The notes under the pieces were generated by a model. The model searched no databases. It had not been told where the DNA came from and was given only the letters and a program-made list of their open reading frames with translations. A DNA stretch of 64,000 nucleotides, taken from contig CATNEN010000003.1 in NCBI GenBank assembly GCA_950097015.1, forward strand, positions 3,782,001 through 3,846,000. The letters run 5' to 3'. The position numbers were made by a program, and so were the translations under genes. The DNA comes from Macrostomum hystrix (taxonomy: Eukaryota; Animalia; Platyhelminthes). Shown here in pieces: positions 36,501 to 48,500 of this stretch; positions within the stretch are counted from its first letter, which is position 1; every line of letters starts with the position of its first letter.

Positions 36501-39500
36501 GGAAGTTTCTCTTGGCCGGCTTCTGTAGAGGAGGTCTTCTCCGCTGCTGCTTCAACTGTCAGTGCTTCTGCTTCGGTCTTCTGGTTTGATTCAGTTGCTA
36601 TGGAAACTGTGGAATCCTTGGGGCTCAATGCGATAGTTGATGCTGGCCTCGACTCTAATTGTTTGGAAGCCTGTTGAGAAGTTTCTTTGCTGAGTTCGCG
36701 TTCGGCCACGAGCTCGCCAAAGCCCTGAAAAAATATTTTTTGATTTAGAACTTTTAATACAATATTTTATTGCGCCTACTATCCGAGTAGTGTAGTTCGG
36801 GTAACGAGGTAAATTTCTACTTTGGCTCTGAATCTAATAAATCATTAACAACATAAAAAAGTTAATTTTACTCTTTTGCAGAATTGCCGTGACCAAGACC
36901 TGAAGGGAATGAATGAAGGCCTAAAGTATAGGAGGTAGCGGATGAAGGCCTGAAGGGTAGAAGGGAGCGGATGAAGGCCTGAAGGGTAGGAGGGAGCGGA
37001 TGAAGGCCTGAAGGGTAGAAGGGAGCGGATGAAGGCCTGAAGGGTAGGAGGGAGCGGATGGAGGCCTGAAGTATAGGAGGTAGCGGATGAAGGCCTGAAG
37101 GGTAGGAGGGAGCGGATGGAGGCCTGAAGGGTAGGAGGGAGTGAATACCTAAAACATTCCTAAAGAATGCCTGGAATCTGGAATGAACTAAATGCACTGA
37201 AAACTAGGAGGTCTGACAGTGTCTATAGAGTTTCTGAAGGTTAGTGGGTAATCGAAGACCTTGAAAATCATAGTAATTGAGAAAAATGTATATAAAAGTA
37301 CAAGGTTCAGGAAATATACTAAACGAAGGTACAACGGGCATGCAACTGTTATCTATACAATTAGTAGCAATAGCAGGTAAATTAGGTAATTAATAAATAA
37401 ATTAACAAATGAAAATGGCGTGAAATCACTTGATCGCGCAAAGTGATGTTAATAATTTTATTAGGAATCAGTTTCTAGTCCAATATTGAAGCTAGCTTTA
37501 AATCAGCAATTATAAAATCTTTGAGTTCAATCGCACTTAAAAATATATTCGTAATCATTGTTGCAAATGTACAGTGTGTGATTTCATCATTTACTGTTTT
37601 TTTAACACTCTACTGTCTATTCTTCTCATTAGTAGGCAGTTAAGAATTTTCTAAGCCACGAAGCTATGCTTACAACTATCGTCTGAGCTTAAGGTAGAAA
37701 AAAATAGATATGTTACTTTTGTTTAATAAAGATTGATTATATAGAAATAAATACTTTTGAATATTCGTTTTTATACATCTCCATGGTTAGTGATTCAAAA
37801 GTGAACAATTCGTAAAAAAAGCATTATAAAAGGAAAAATAAAAAACGTTGCGCAAACGCTAAATCTTCTACTAACAGTAGAAATATTAGGAAAGCGTTTT
37901 TAACTACAAGGAAGAATGTGATAGGCAGTGATAGGCAACACTGAATCAAATGGCGGCTTGCTAGAAAAATAATTTTGTGCAAGAATTTAAACAAAGTGAA
38001 AAATAAATAAGCTTTTTAGCCGCGGCAATTAAATTAGCAGAGTTGGAAGAAAGCTTTGTCCATCAATTACATCTCGAATCATACTCATCTTTGGGTTGAA
38101 GCTAATTCGGGTTGAAGCTAATTCGGGTTGAAGCTAATTCGGGTTGAAGCTAATTCAGGTTGAAGCTAATTCGGGTTGAAGCTAATTTGGGTTGAAGCTA
38201 ATTCGGGTTGAAGCTAATTCGGGTTGAAGCTAATTTGGATTGAAGCTAATTCGGGTTGAAGCTAATTCGGGTTGAAGCTAATTCGGGTTGAAGCTAATTC
38301 GGGTTGAAGCTAATTCGGGTTGAAGCTAATTCAGGTTGAAGCTAATTCGGGTTGAAGCTAATTTGGATTGAAGCTAATTCGGGTTGAAGCTAATTCGGGT
38401 TGAAGCTAATTCGGGTTGAAGCTAATTCGGGTTGAAGCTAATTCGGGTTGAAGCTAATTCGGGTTGAAGCTAATTCGGGTTGAAGCTAATTTGGGTTGAA
38501 GCTAATTCGGGTTGAAGCTAATTTGGATTGAAGCTAATTCGGGTTGAAGCTAATTCGGGTTGAAGCTAATTCGGGTTGAAGCTAATTCGGGTTGAAGCTA
38601 ATTCGGGTTGAAGCTAATTCAGGTTGAAGCTAATTCAGGTTGAAGCTAATTCAAGTTGAAGCTAATTTGGATTGAAGCTAATTCGGGTTGAAGCTAATTT
38701 GGATTGAAGCTAATTCGGGTTGAAGCTAATTCGGGTTGAAGCTAATTCGGGTTGAAGCTAATTCGGGTTGAAGCTAATTCAGGTCTAAGCTAATTCGAGT
38801 TGAAGCTAATTCGGGTCTAAGCTAATTCGGGCTGAAGCTAATTCAGGTTGAAGCTAATTCAGGTTGAAGCTAATTCAGGTTGAAGCTAATTTGGATTGTA
38901 GCTAATTCAGGTTGAAGCTAATTTGGATTGAAGCTAATTCAGGTTGAAGCTAATTTGGGTTGAAGCTAATTCGGGTTGAAGCTAATTCGGGTTGAAGCTA
39001 ATTCGGGTTGAAGCTAATTCGGGTTGAAGCTAATTCGGGTTGAAGCTAATTCGGGTTGAAGCTAATTCGGGTTGAAGCTAATTCGGGTTGAAGCTAATTC
39101 GGGTTGAAGCTAATTTGGATTGACGCTAATTCAGGTCTAAGCTAATTCGGGTTGAAGCTAATTCAGGTTGAAGCTAATTCAGGTTGAAGCTAATTCAGGT
39201 TGAAGCTAATTTGGATTGAAGCTAATTCAGGTTGAAGCTAATTTGGATTGAAGCTAATTCAGGTTGAAGCTAATTTGGGTTGAAGCTAATTCGGGTTGAA
39301 GCTAATTCGGGTTGAAGCTAATTCGGATTGAAGCTAATTCAGGTTGAAGCTAATTCAGGTTGAAGCTAATTTGGATTGAAGCTAATTCGGGTTGAAGCTA
39401 ATTCGGGTTGAAGCTAATTCGGGTTGAAGCTAATTCAGGTTGAAGCTAATTCGAGTTGAAGCTAATTCGGGTTGAAGCTAATTCGGGTTGAAGCTAATTC

Positions 39501-42500
39501 AGGTTGAAGCTAATTCAGGTTGAAGCTAATTCAGGTTGAAGCTAATTTGGATTGAAGCTAATTCAGGTTGAAGCTAATTTGGATTGAAGCTAATTCAGGT
39601 TGAAGCTAATTTGGGTTGAAGCTAATTCGGGTTGAAGCTAATTCGGGTTGAAGCTAATTCGGATTGAAGCTGATTCGGGTTGAAGCTAATTCAGGTTGAA
39701 GCTAATTCGGGTTGAAGCTAATTCGGGTTGAAGCTAATTCGGGTTGAAGCTAACTCGGGTTGAAGCTAACTCGGGTTGAAGCTAACTCGGTTTGAAGCTA
39801 ATTTGGGTTGAAGCTAATTCGGGTTGAAGCTAATTCGGGTTGAAGCTAATTCAGGTTGAAGCTAATTCGGTGGCATAAACTAAGCATGGCGGTTGCCTCC
39901 ATCGTCGGAACCCTCCGTTGGGGCGGCGGTGACGATCGAGGCTGTAGCGGCATCCGAAGTACTAGATGATCGGCTTCTCTGAACTGAGTCATCCCTCTTG
40001 GATCCCTTCTGAGATCCCTTGTGAGATCCCTTCTGGGATCCCTTCTGGGATTCCTTCTGGGATTCCTTCTGGGATTCCGGGCTTTTACCGCGCTGATCGT
40101 CGCGGTCACGGCTGCCGACACTATTGCCGCCTCTCCTCACCTCATAATCGCCTTGGTGATCCTCCTGGGAGCGCTGAATCTCAGACAGGATCTCTCTGGT
40201 ACTATCCGGCGTCTCCTTGCCGCTGCTCACTCGCTCCAGATCCTCAGCTTGTTGCAGGTAGAGACGGGCCTGAGTTCAGTTGAGAGGAGGATTTTAAAGT
40301 GTCTGGTTGAAATTTAAAAATGTCAAACGGTCGAGGGACCTTTGTCCTCAGCATCCCAGCCATCCTGGGTCCCCTTCATCCACGTCTGGAGCATCGGTGG
40401 CAACCGTCGGGAGGTTCATCAAAAGCACCCGATGGACAGGCATCTCAAAGACAGCTGAACTCGGATCTGGACTCAGATTAATGTCCATGTCACCGATGAA
40501 TATTGAATACTTGCTGAATATTTCAACGATGCCGACGTCGGATGGCATCGAAAGTTAGTTTATTGTAAAAGGCGGAAAATTTCAAGAAAAATCGGTCATT
40601 CGGTTTGGGAGCTGTCGTGAAGTTGGCAGAGGATATTTGAAATACCCCGTGGTCCTTCCCAAGGGAGGATTGACTTGGTCTTTCTACTGTTAACCCTATG
40701 GAGAATGTAGCATTGCACAATTGAAAACAGACCTTCTCCACTTCCTTCTCCAGTAGGAATACGTCGGCTTCAGACACTGGCCATCTGGCCTGCTCCAGTG
40801 CCTGATAGAAAGCGGCTTTGTTAGTGTCGAAGTCTGGCTTATCAGAGCCGCACTGTTTGGTCAGTTCATCCAGCTGTACCTTGTTCAGGCTGCACAGAAT
40901 CAGCGAGTTCAGCCGTCTGGGACAATGCATAACGGGTTCGGTAATGTTTCAGTTATTAGAAATAAGACACGAGAGACAAGACAGATGAGAGATGAGACAC
41001 GGGAGAGATGAGACACGGGAGAGATGGGACACGGGAGAGATAAGACACGGGAGAGATAAGACGGATGAGAGATGAGACACGGGAGAGATGAGACACGGGA
41101 GAGATGAGACACTGGAGAGATGAGACACGGGAAAGATGAGACACTGGAGAGATGAGACACTGGAGAGATGAGACACGGGAAAGATGAGACACGGGAGAGA
41201 TGAGACACGGAAGAGATAAGACATGGGAGAGATGAGACACGGAAGAGATAAGACATGGGAGAGATTAGACACGGGAGAGATGAGACATGGGAGAGATGAG
41301 ACACTGGAGAGATGAGACACTGGAGAGATGAGACACGGGAAAGATGAGACACGGGAGAGATGAGACACGGAAGAGATAAGACATGGGAGAGATTAGACAC
41401 GGGAGAGATGAGACATGGGAGAGATTAGACACGGGAGAGATAGGACACGGGAGAGATGAGAAAGAGGATGAGACGCAGGCGAGAGATATGTGTCTTTGGT
41501 CCTACTAAAATTAATATTCATTATGACTGACTTCTCGGTCAAGCGCAGAGCTCAGACCCCAGCTCAGATATGACTCACTTATTGTACTTTTCAATGAGTT
41601 TTTTAAGCTTAGCCCTGTAGGCTTTCAGGTTAACAGCGGCCGGATTGACCAGTTGAATGCTCTGACGATTGCGCGGACTGGCGTAGGCGATCGGCATGAT
41701 GTCGTCAAACACTTTAGCCAACACCATCCGGTTTAGAATCGGGACGTACTTCGGCCTGTGCTCCACAATGGTTGGGGACAGAGCGTCAAGTATGGTCATG
41801 CGTTGGGCCACCAAGCCGTGACGTTTCAGCCACTGCTTGCTGCTCATGTTCTCTTCTCGTAGCATGTCCCGATTCCGCTGTCGGTGCTGCTCCTTTTGCT
41901 GCTCCTGTTGTCCTGCAGTCATGATGCCAGGAGGTGATAATGAAGATTTTTTTTCTAATTGAATTGATGTGTAGCTTGGTCCCTTTTACCACCATGTTTC
42001 AGTGCATTCCTTTTACCACCGTGTTTCAGTGCATTCCTTTTACCACCGTGTTTCAGTGCATTCCTTTTACCACCGTGTTTCAGTGCATTCCTTTTACCAC
42101 CGTGTTTCAGTGCATTCCTTTTACCACCGTGTTTCAGTGCATTCCTTTTACCACCGTGTTTCAGTGCATTCCTTTTACCACCGTGTTTCAGTGCATTCCT
42201 TTTACCACCGTGTTTCAGTGTATTCCTTTTACCACCGTATTTTAGTGTATTCCTTTTACCACCGTGTTTCAGTGCATTTCTTTTACCACCGTGTTTCAGT
42301 GCATTCCTTTTACCACCGTGTTTCAGTGCAGTCCTTTTACCACCGTGGTTTTGTCCATTTGCCACCGTGTTTTGGTCCTTTTACCACCGTGTTTTGGTCC
42401 TTTTACCACCGTGTTTTGGTCCATTTACAACCGTGTTTTAGTCCTTTTACCACCGTGTTTTAGTCCTTTTACCACCGTGTTTTAGTCCTTTTATTACCGT

Positions 42501-45500
42501 GTTTTAGTCCTTTTACCACCGTGTTTTAGTCCTTTTATTACCGTGTTTTAGTCCTTTTACCAACGGGTTTTAGTCCTTTTACCACCGTGTTTTAGTCCTT
42601 TTACAACCGTGTTTTAGTCCTTTTACCACCATGTTTTAGTCCTTTTACCACCGTTTTTTAGTCCTTTTACCACCGTGTTTTAGCCCTTTAACACCGTGTT
42701 TTGGTCCTATCTATCCATTCTTCTATTTTTAATCAATTTTGTCATAATTTTCGAAATAACTATCCAAAGCAATGCTAAGGTACACGAGCAGCTCGAGTCG
42801 CTGAACTCACTCATGGCATCGCGCTCCCTCTGTCTGGCCAGCATCTCTCGTGTCTCCGGCAGCACCCAGTCCACGGATCGGTCTGCATTCAGCGTTAGCA
42901 GCGGCTGCGGCTGCGGCCGAGGGGCGCCCATAGCAGTCTGTCTAGACGATCTCGGCGTTGTCTTCTTGACACGATGCGGCGTCGACTGAGGTCGATCCAA
43001 GTAGCGAGGCGTTGAACGGGCGGTTCCGCCACCTCCGCCGCCCCCGCCCCCACCTACTGCTCCGTCGGCTGCATTAGTCTCGCGTTTCCATGCCAACCGA
43101 TGGCATTCATCGCGTAGAGCCGCCACGCGCTCCAAAAAGCTTTTGCCTCGCTCGTACTCCTCGCGTAGCAGCCGAATGTCTTCGCTCTAAGAAAATGTTA
43201 TCCGAATATGCAAAAAGTTAATGTTGTATAGGTTTCCTGTTGGACCTGGAAGATTGGAGAGTCGAAGGGCTGGGTGTTGGCGGAGTGGGGCTTGGGGTCT
43301 GTACGTGTGAGGAGTCGAAGGGGTGGGTGTAGGCGGAGTGGGGCTTGGGGTCTGGACGTGTGAGGAGTCGAAGGGGTGGGTGTTGGCGGAGTGGGGCTTG
43401 GGGTCTGTACGTGTGAGGAGTCGAAGGGCTGGGTGTTGGCGGAGTGGGGCTTGGGGTCTGGACGTGTGAGGAGTCGAAGGGGTGGGTGTAGGCGGAGTGG
43501 GGCTTGGGGTCTGTACGTGTGAGGAGTCGAAGGGGTGGGTGTAGGCGGAGTGGGGCTTGGGGTCTGGACGTGTGAGGAGTCGAAGGGGTGGGTGTTGGTG
43601 GAGTGGCGCTTGTGGACCTTCGGGATCCATGGCGAAATTAAAGGGTTCTAAGGATGAGTAACATTTTCTTAAAATTAAAAATGAACCAGTTGATTGTGTG
43701 CTCTCGGAATGTCTAATTTATGAGGTCTGTGCTTAGCTAAGCGCATGGATGTACATACCGAGTGATAATCAAATAAGCGTTTTGAATACTAATCTAATAA
43801 AATAAAACAATCAAAATTAGATCATTTATTTCAAAACGTAAATTGCGGTAAAGCATTAACTAACTATTTTTTATAACGTTTTGGTCTATTTTAAAAATCG
43901 AATACCAAAGCAGAACATAAACAGCTTTTCCTTTTAAGTATATAATTCACTAGCTGATATAATACATGCACGATTCCAACGAACCAACAAACCAATGGGT
44001 CGTTGTCTATAAATAGTTTCTTAACATAACATTTTCTACTGCCATAGACAACAAGCATTTGTGGACAGCTGTACCCAGTGCTCTCGAGGTAACCAAGCTA
44101 GTTAAATCTACGAGCAATCTTGTGACAATTTTCTGTTCAATTTCTCAACGATTTAAAAGCTCCATCAACCGCGCCTCAAAGCAATGATCAACCCGGAAAA
44201 CTTCGGTCCATTCGGACCAGGCATGAAGCAATTCAGCAGGCCGAAGGTGATCAAGAAGGATAGCACGCAGGACAAGGCCGCCAACGAGGCGCCGACCATC
44301 CCATTCAGCGTGCCGCACTTCGCCATGGACGTTACTCAACGCCGAGACGCCGGTGTGATGAAGATCGTCCAACAAATGGGCCGAGGGTACGAAGACGATG
44401 TGCCCGGACACGAGGACCGCGTAACGGTGCACTACGTAGCCGTGCTGCTCAACGGAGACCGCGACGGCGAGAAGGTCGAGTCCACTAGGGATCGAGGCAA
44501 GCCGTTGGAGTTTGTGCTGAGCAAGGACAAGAATGTGGTGCCCGGGCTGCACCAGGGAGTGAAGACCATGCGAATAGGCGAGATCGCCAACTTCTTTCTA
44601 AGGTCAGTGGTCAGTGAGCTTTTCATTGATAGCGTGTCAGCGTGTTAAGATGCGCTGCCTGAGTACGAGCCATGAATGGTCCGCTTTAAACTCGCGCAAT
44701 CGACCCTGAGTTCGAATCCGCGGCGAGGCCACATTCAGTTGGCCGAAATTCTCCGAAAGAATGTTTGGGGCTTGACGATGAAGAAGTTAGTTAAAGTACG
44801 CGTCAAGTACAAATATTGTGTGTGTGTCCTTACGGGTCAGTGGACGTTGATAAATCAAAATCAAAAGTACAGTCGATTCCATTCTGTGATTTAATAATAC
44901 TTGCGCTCTGCAAATCGTTGATTCCCGCCATGCAGAACCGACTACGCCTACAGTAAGCGCGGCTGTAAGAGCCTGGGCGTGCCACCAAAGCAGCACATGA
45001 TGTACGAAGTGGAACTGCTGGCGTACAAAGGCGAAGACATCTCGCCAGAGGAGGACGGCAGCGTGCTGAAGAGCATCATGCGCAAGGGTTCCGGCTACCT
45101 ATTTCTTCCCGTCGGCTCGCAACTGCGTGTCTCGGTGAAGGGTCGCCATCGAGGCGAATTATTCGACAGTCGAATTCTCAGCTTCGAGCTGGGCGTCGGG
45201 GATGAGCAGGGCATCCCGGAGGGCGTCGAACAGGCCTGCCAGCGAATGATTCCCGGTGAGAAGGCCCGGGTCATCATCCAGCCGTCCTACTCATACGGCA
45301 TTGATTTTGACAAGTTTGGCGTACCGAAAACCGACGTTGTCGAATACGAAGTCGAACTGCTGAGCTATCAGAAACCACCAGAGCATTTTGAGGTGAGGAC
45401 CGCCGTAAAAGCGTTTGAATTATGTTTTCAAATACTGACTTTAACTCGTAATATTTGGGGAGGTATCGTTTTATTGTTCAGGTCTCAGCGTTCGGCAAAC

Positions 45501-48500
45501 TAGAGCAGGCTCGCATAGCCAAGGACAAGGGCGCCCTGTACTTTGCTAAACGACGCTACAAGCAGGCATTGAATCACTACGAATGCGTTCTCAACTACGT
45601 TGAGCACGATCCGGATTTTTTTGACGTTGACAAAACTGAGCACGCCGAATTTCACAAGGAGAGATGCGACGTACTTTTAGCCGGTCGACTCAACTGCGCC
45701 GCCTGCTATTTGAAGCTGAGAAAGTTTAAAAGCGCCATTAAACAATGCGACCTGGTGCTGCAGAAGCTAGATCCGAAGAATATCAAAGCGCTGTACAGGC
45801 GAGGGCTGGCAAAGTTTAGTCTGAATCAGGTCTACGAAGCCAGGGACGACTTCAAAGCAGTTTTGGAGCTAGAGCCTAACAATGGCTGCGCTGGCAGAGA
45901 GCTGGCAAACTGTCTCGAGGCCATCCAGCAGGCCTACAAGCGCGAGCGTGCCCTCTACGAGACCATCTTTCGTCGCGGCGGTCTTGAAGCAGCTGGCTAC
46001 GGCGGAGAAGGAGTCGTTGCTGGCGCCAAGGACGAGTCAACGAGCGGCGCGGAGGCTCCCAAGTCGCAGGCAGGTGATCTCTGCGAGAATGATGCTCAAC
46101 CGGAGGAGAATTCGAGAAGCAATCAACAGCTGGTTGATTCCGCGCACGCGGTGTCAATGGACGCTGCTGTACCTACTGAGAGTGACTGAAGCACATCATC
46201 CCTGCCCTATAAAACTGTACTAGTCAATAGATTTGAATTTCAAGTATAGATAGTATTAGGTCGCTATGGCAACAGTATGGGATTAAAAAAAATTTTTTTC
46301 TGTTAAATATTATTTGAACTTGAATTTGAATGGCAATTATATGCACTCTAGTCGATACTGAATTAAAGCAAGAATAAATTATTGTTATTTCATTTTTTAG
46401 TTCTCGGCTATTGACAGTGACAAAGTGACAGTGTAACTTTAATCCAAAGAAAAATTACAATCACAACATGCTTTTAAATGCGAGGAATAAGCATGACCAA
46501 AACTGATTGACATGTTAAAATGATACTCACAACTCCTTCAATTCTCAGTTGGTCCTCCTGAAATCAATATCTAGCAATCTTAGAATCTGTGACGCCATTC
46601 TTCACAGCTCTTACCCACTTAAATCCGATCTCACTTATCTGAATCCCATCTCCCTTATCTGAATCCCATCTCCCTTATCTGAATCCCATTTTCCTTATCT
46701 GAATCCCATCTCTCTTATCTGAATCCCATCTCCCTTATCTGAATCCCATCTCTCTTATCTGAATCCCATCTCCCTTATCTGAATCCCATCTCCCTTATCT
46801 GAATCCCATCTCCCTTATCTGAATCCCATCTCCCTTATCTGAATCCCATCTCCCTTATCTGAATCCCATCTCTCTTATCCGAAACCTATCTCATCTATAT
46901 GAATCCCACCTTGTCAATCTTAATCTTATTTTACGAACATGAATTCCCTCTCGCGATATTGTCTTACTAATCCCAATCATGTCCTGATCATACTACTTGC
47001 ACGAAAGTAGTGGCGAATCTGGAAAATACCAAGTCTCACAAGCCAGGCCAAGTCAGGGCTGCTCACCTCCCAAGACTCCGGCCCGCCATCGTTGGCCTGA
47101 TCCGAGAATATGTGAAACCGTGCCCCAGTGTCTCTGGCCAATTGAAACAGAAATTGGTTGGCCTCTTTATCGCGACAGTTGAATGAAATTGTGTGAATCG
47201 GCAGGCGATTGTGCAACTGTGCCTGGGCTAGCACCGTTTTGAAGGGCTGGTCCGGCCGACCGTCTGTGAGCAAATAGACCGCGTGAGTCTGCCGATCTGA
47301 CAGGGCGAACTTTAGTGCCGCCAAGGTGTTCGTGGTGCCGAAGCAGCTCAGGGCCTGAGGAGAATTGGGATCGTTTTGCAATAGGTATGACAGGTTTTTA
47401 ATAAATAGTATCCCCCTCTAGGCAATAATATTTCTTTCTAAGAAAAGTACATCTTTCTAAAAAATAGGATCCTTTCTAAGAAATAATATCCTTTTTTAAG
47501 AAATAATATCCTTTCTAAGAAATTGTTTCCATTCTAAGAAATAGTATCCTTTCTAAGAAAATGTATCCTTTCTAAGAAATAGTACCATTTCTAAGAAAAA
47601 GTATCATTTCTAAGAAAAAGTATCACTTTCTAAGAAATAGTGTCTCTTGCATCGAAACGGTGATTCTTTCTACGAAATAGGAACAGTTAGAAGATGTAGT
47701 GTTCGCTTTAAAAATATTAGACCGTAAGGGAAAGCGCTTGTTTACCAGAAATGTTGTGTGTTTCTAAGAAAACTCATTTGCAAATTAACAAAATAGTATA
47801 TGCTAAGATGAAATTGAACTTTTTTATTGGAATTACTTCTAGTTCGAAGCGAATGATATCAGCTTTTTAGAGTGTAAATTCTTCAATGATTTTTTTCTCC
47901 TTAACTGTTTCTTAGAAATTATTTAATAAAGGTCTTGGTTTCTACGAAACATTTCCTTTTTAATGTTTCTTATAAAAATTTTACATTATTGTCAGACATG
48001 GGATCTCAATTGTTGATTAGAAAATCGGTAACGATCCCGCTCACCTTGATCCAGTTCCACGCTGTCTGCAAGCTCTGCTCAGTCACCTCAACTAGACGAT
48101 CCTTCCACGGATAAGCCTTAGTGTTGAAGGCCACGAAGTTCACGCGAAGCTTGTGCCGCAGCTGTTCCTGAATGAGGATGTAGAGCTTGTCCTTGACAAA
48201 CCCGATGCTTGGTTCCATGCTGGCGCTGGTGTCAATCAGGAAGTAAACCTGGAGTTGATTTGGCGGATTAGAGGTGTTATTACTCCCTCCTTCTCTCTGC
48301 GTTTGTTTACGCTCGCGCGCCCTCTTATTGCACTTTCTCTCTCCCTCAGTCTGTTATTTAACTTAGCTAACCTTAACTTCTCTTTCCTCTAACTCGTCTC
48401 TGATTGGCTAGCTGTTCGTCTCTCTTTCCTCAACCCCTCCTTTTCAGCTCTACCGTTTGGCCCCGTCCCCGTACTCGTTTTAACCCTCAACACCATTTCT

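Noticed and set aside
40330-40730. Coding-like intronic segment (ORFs 40348-40548, 40307-40558)
   Set aside because: No recognisable motif, and not needed for the phase-consistent VWA3B model.
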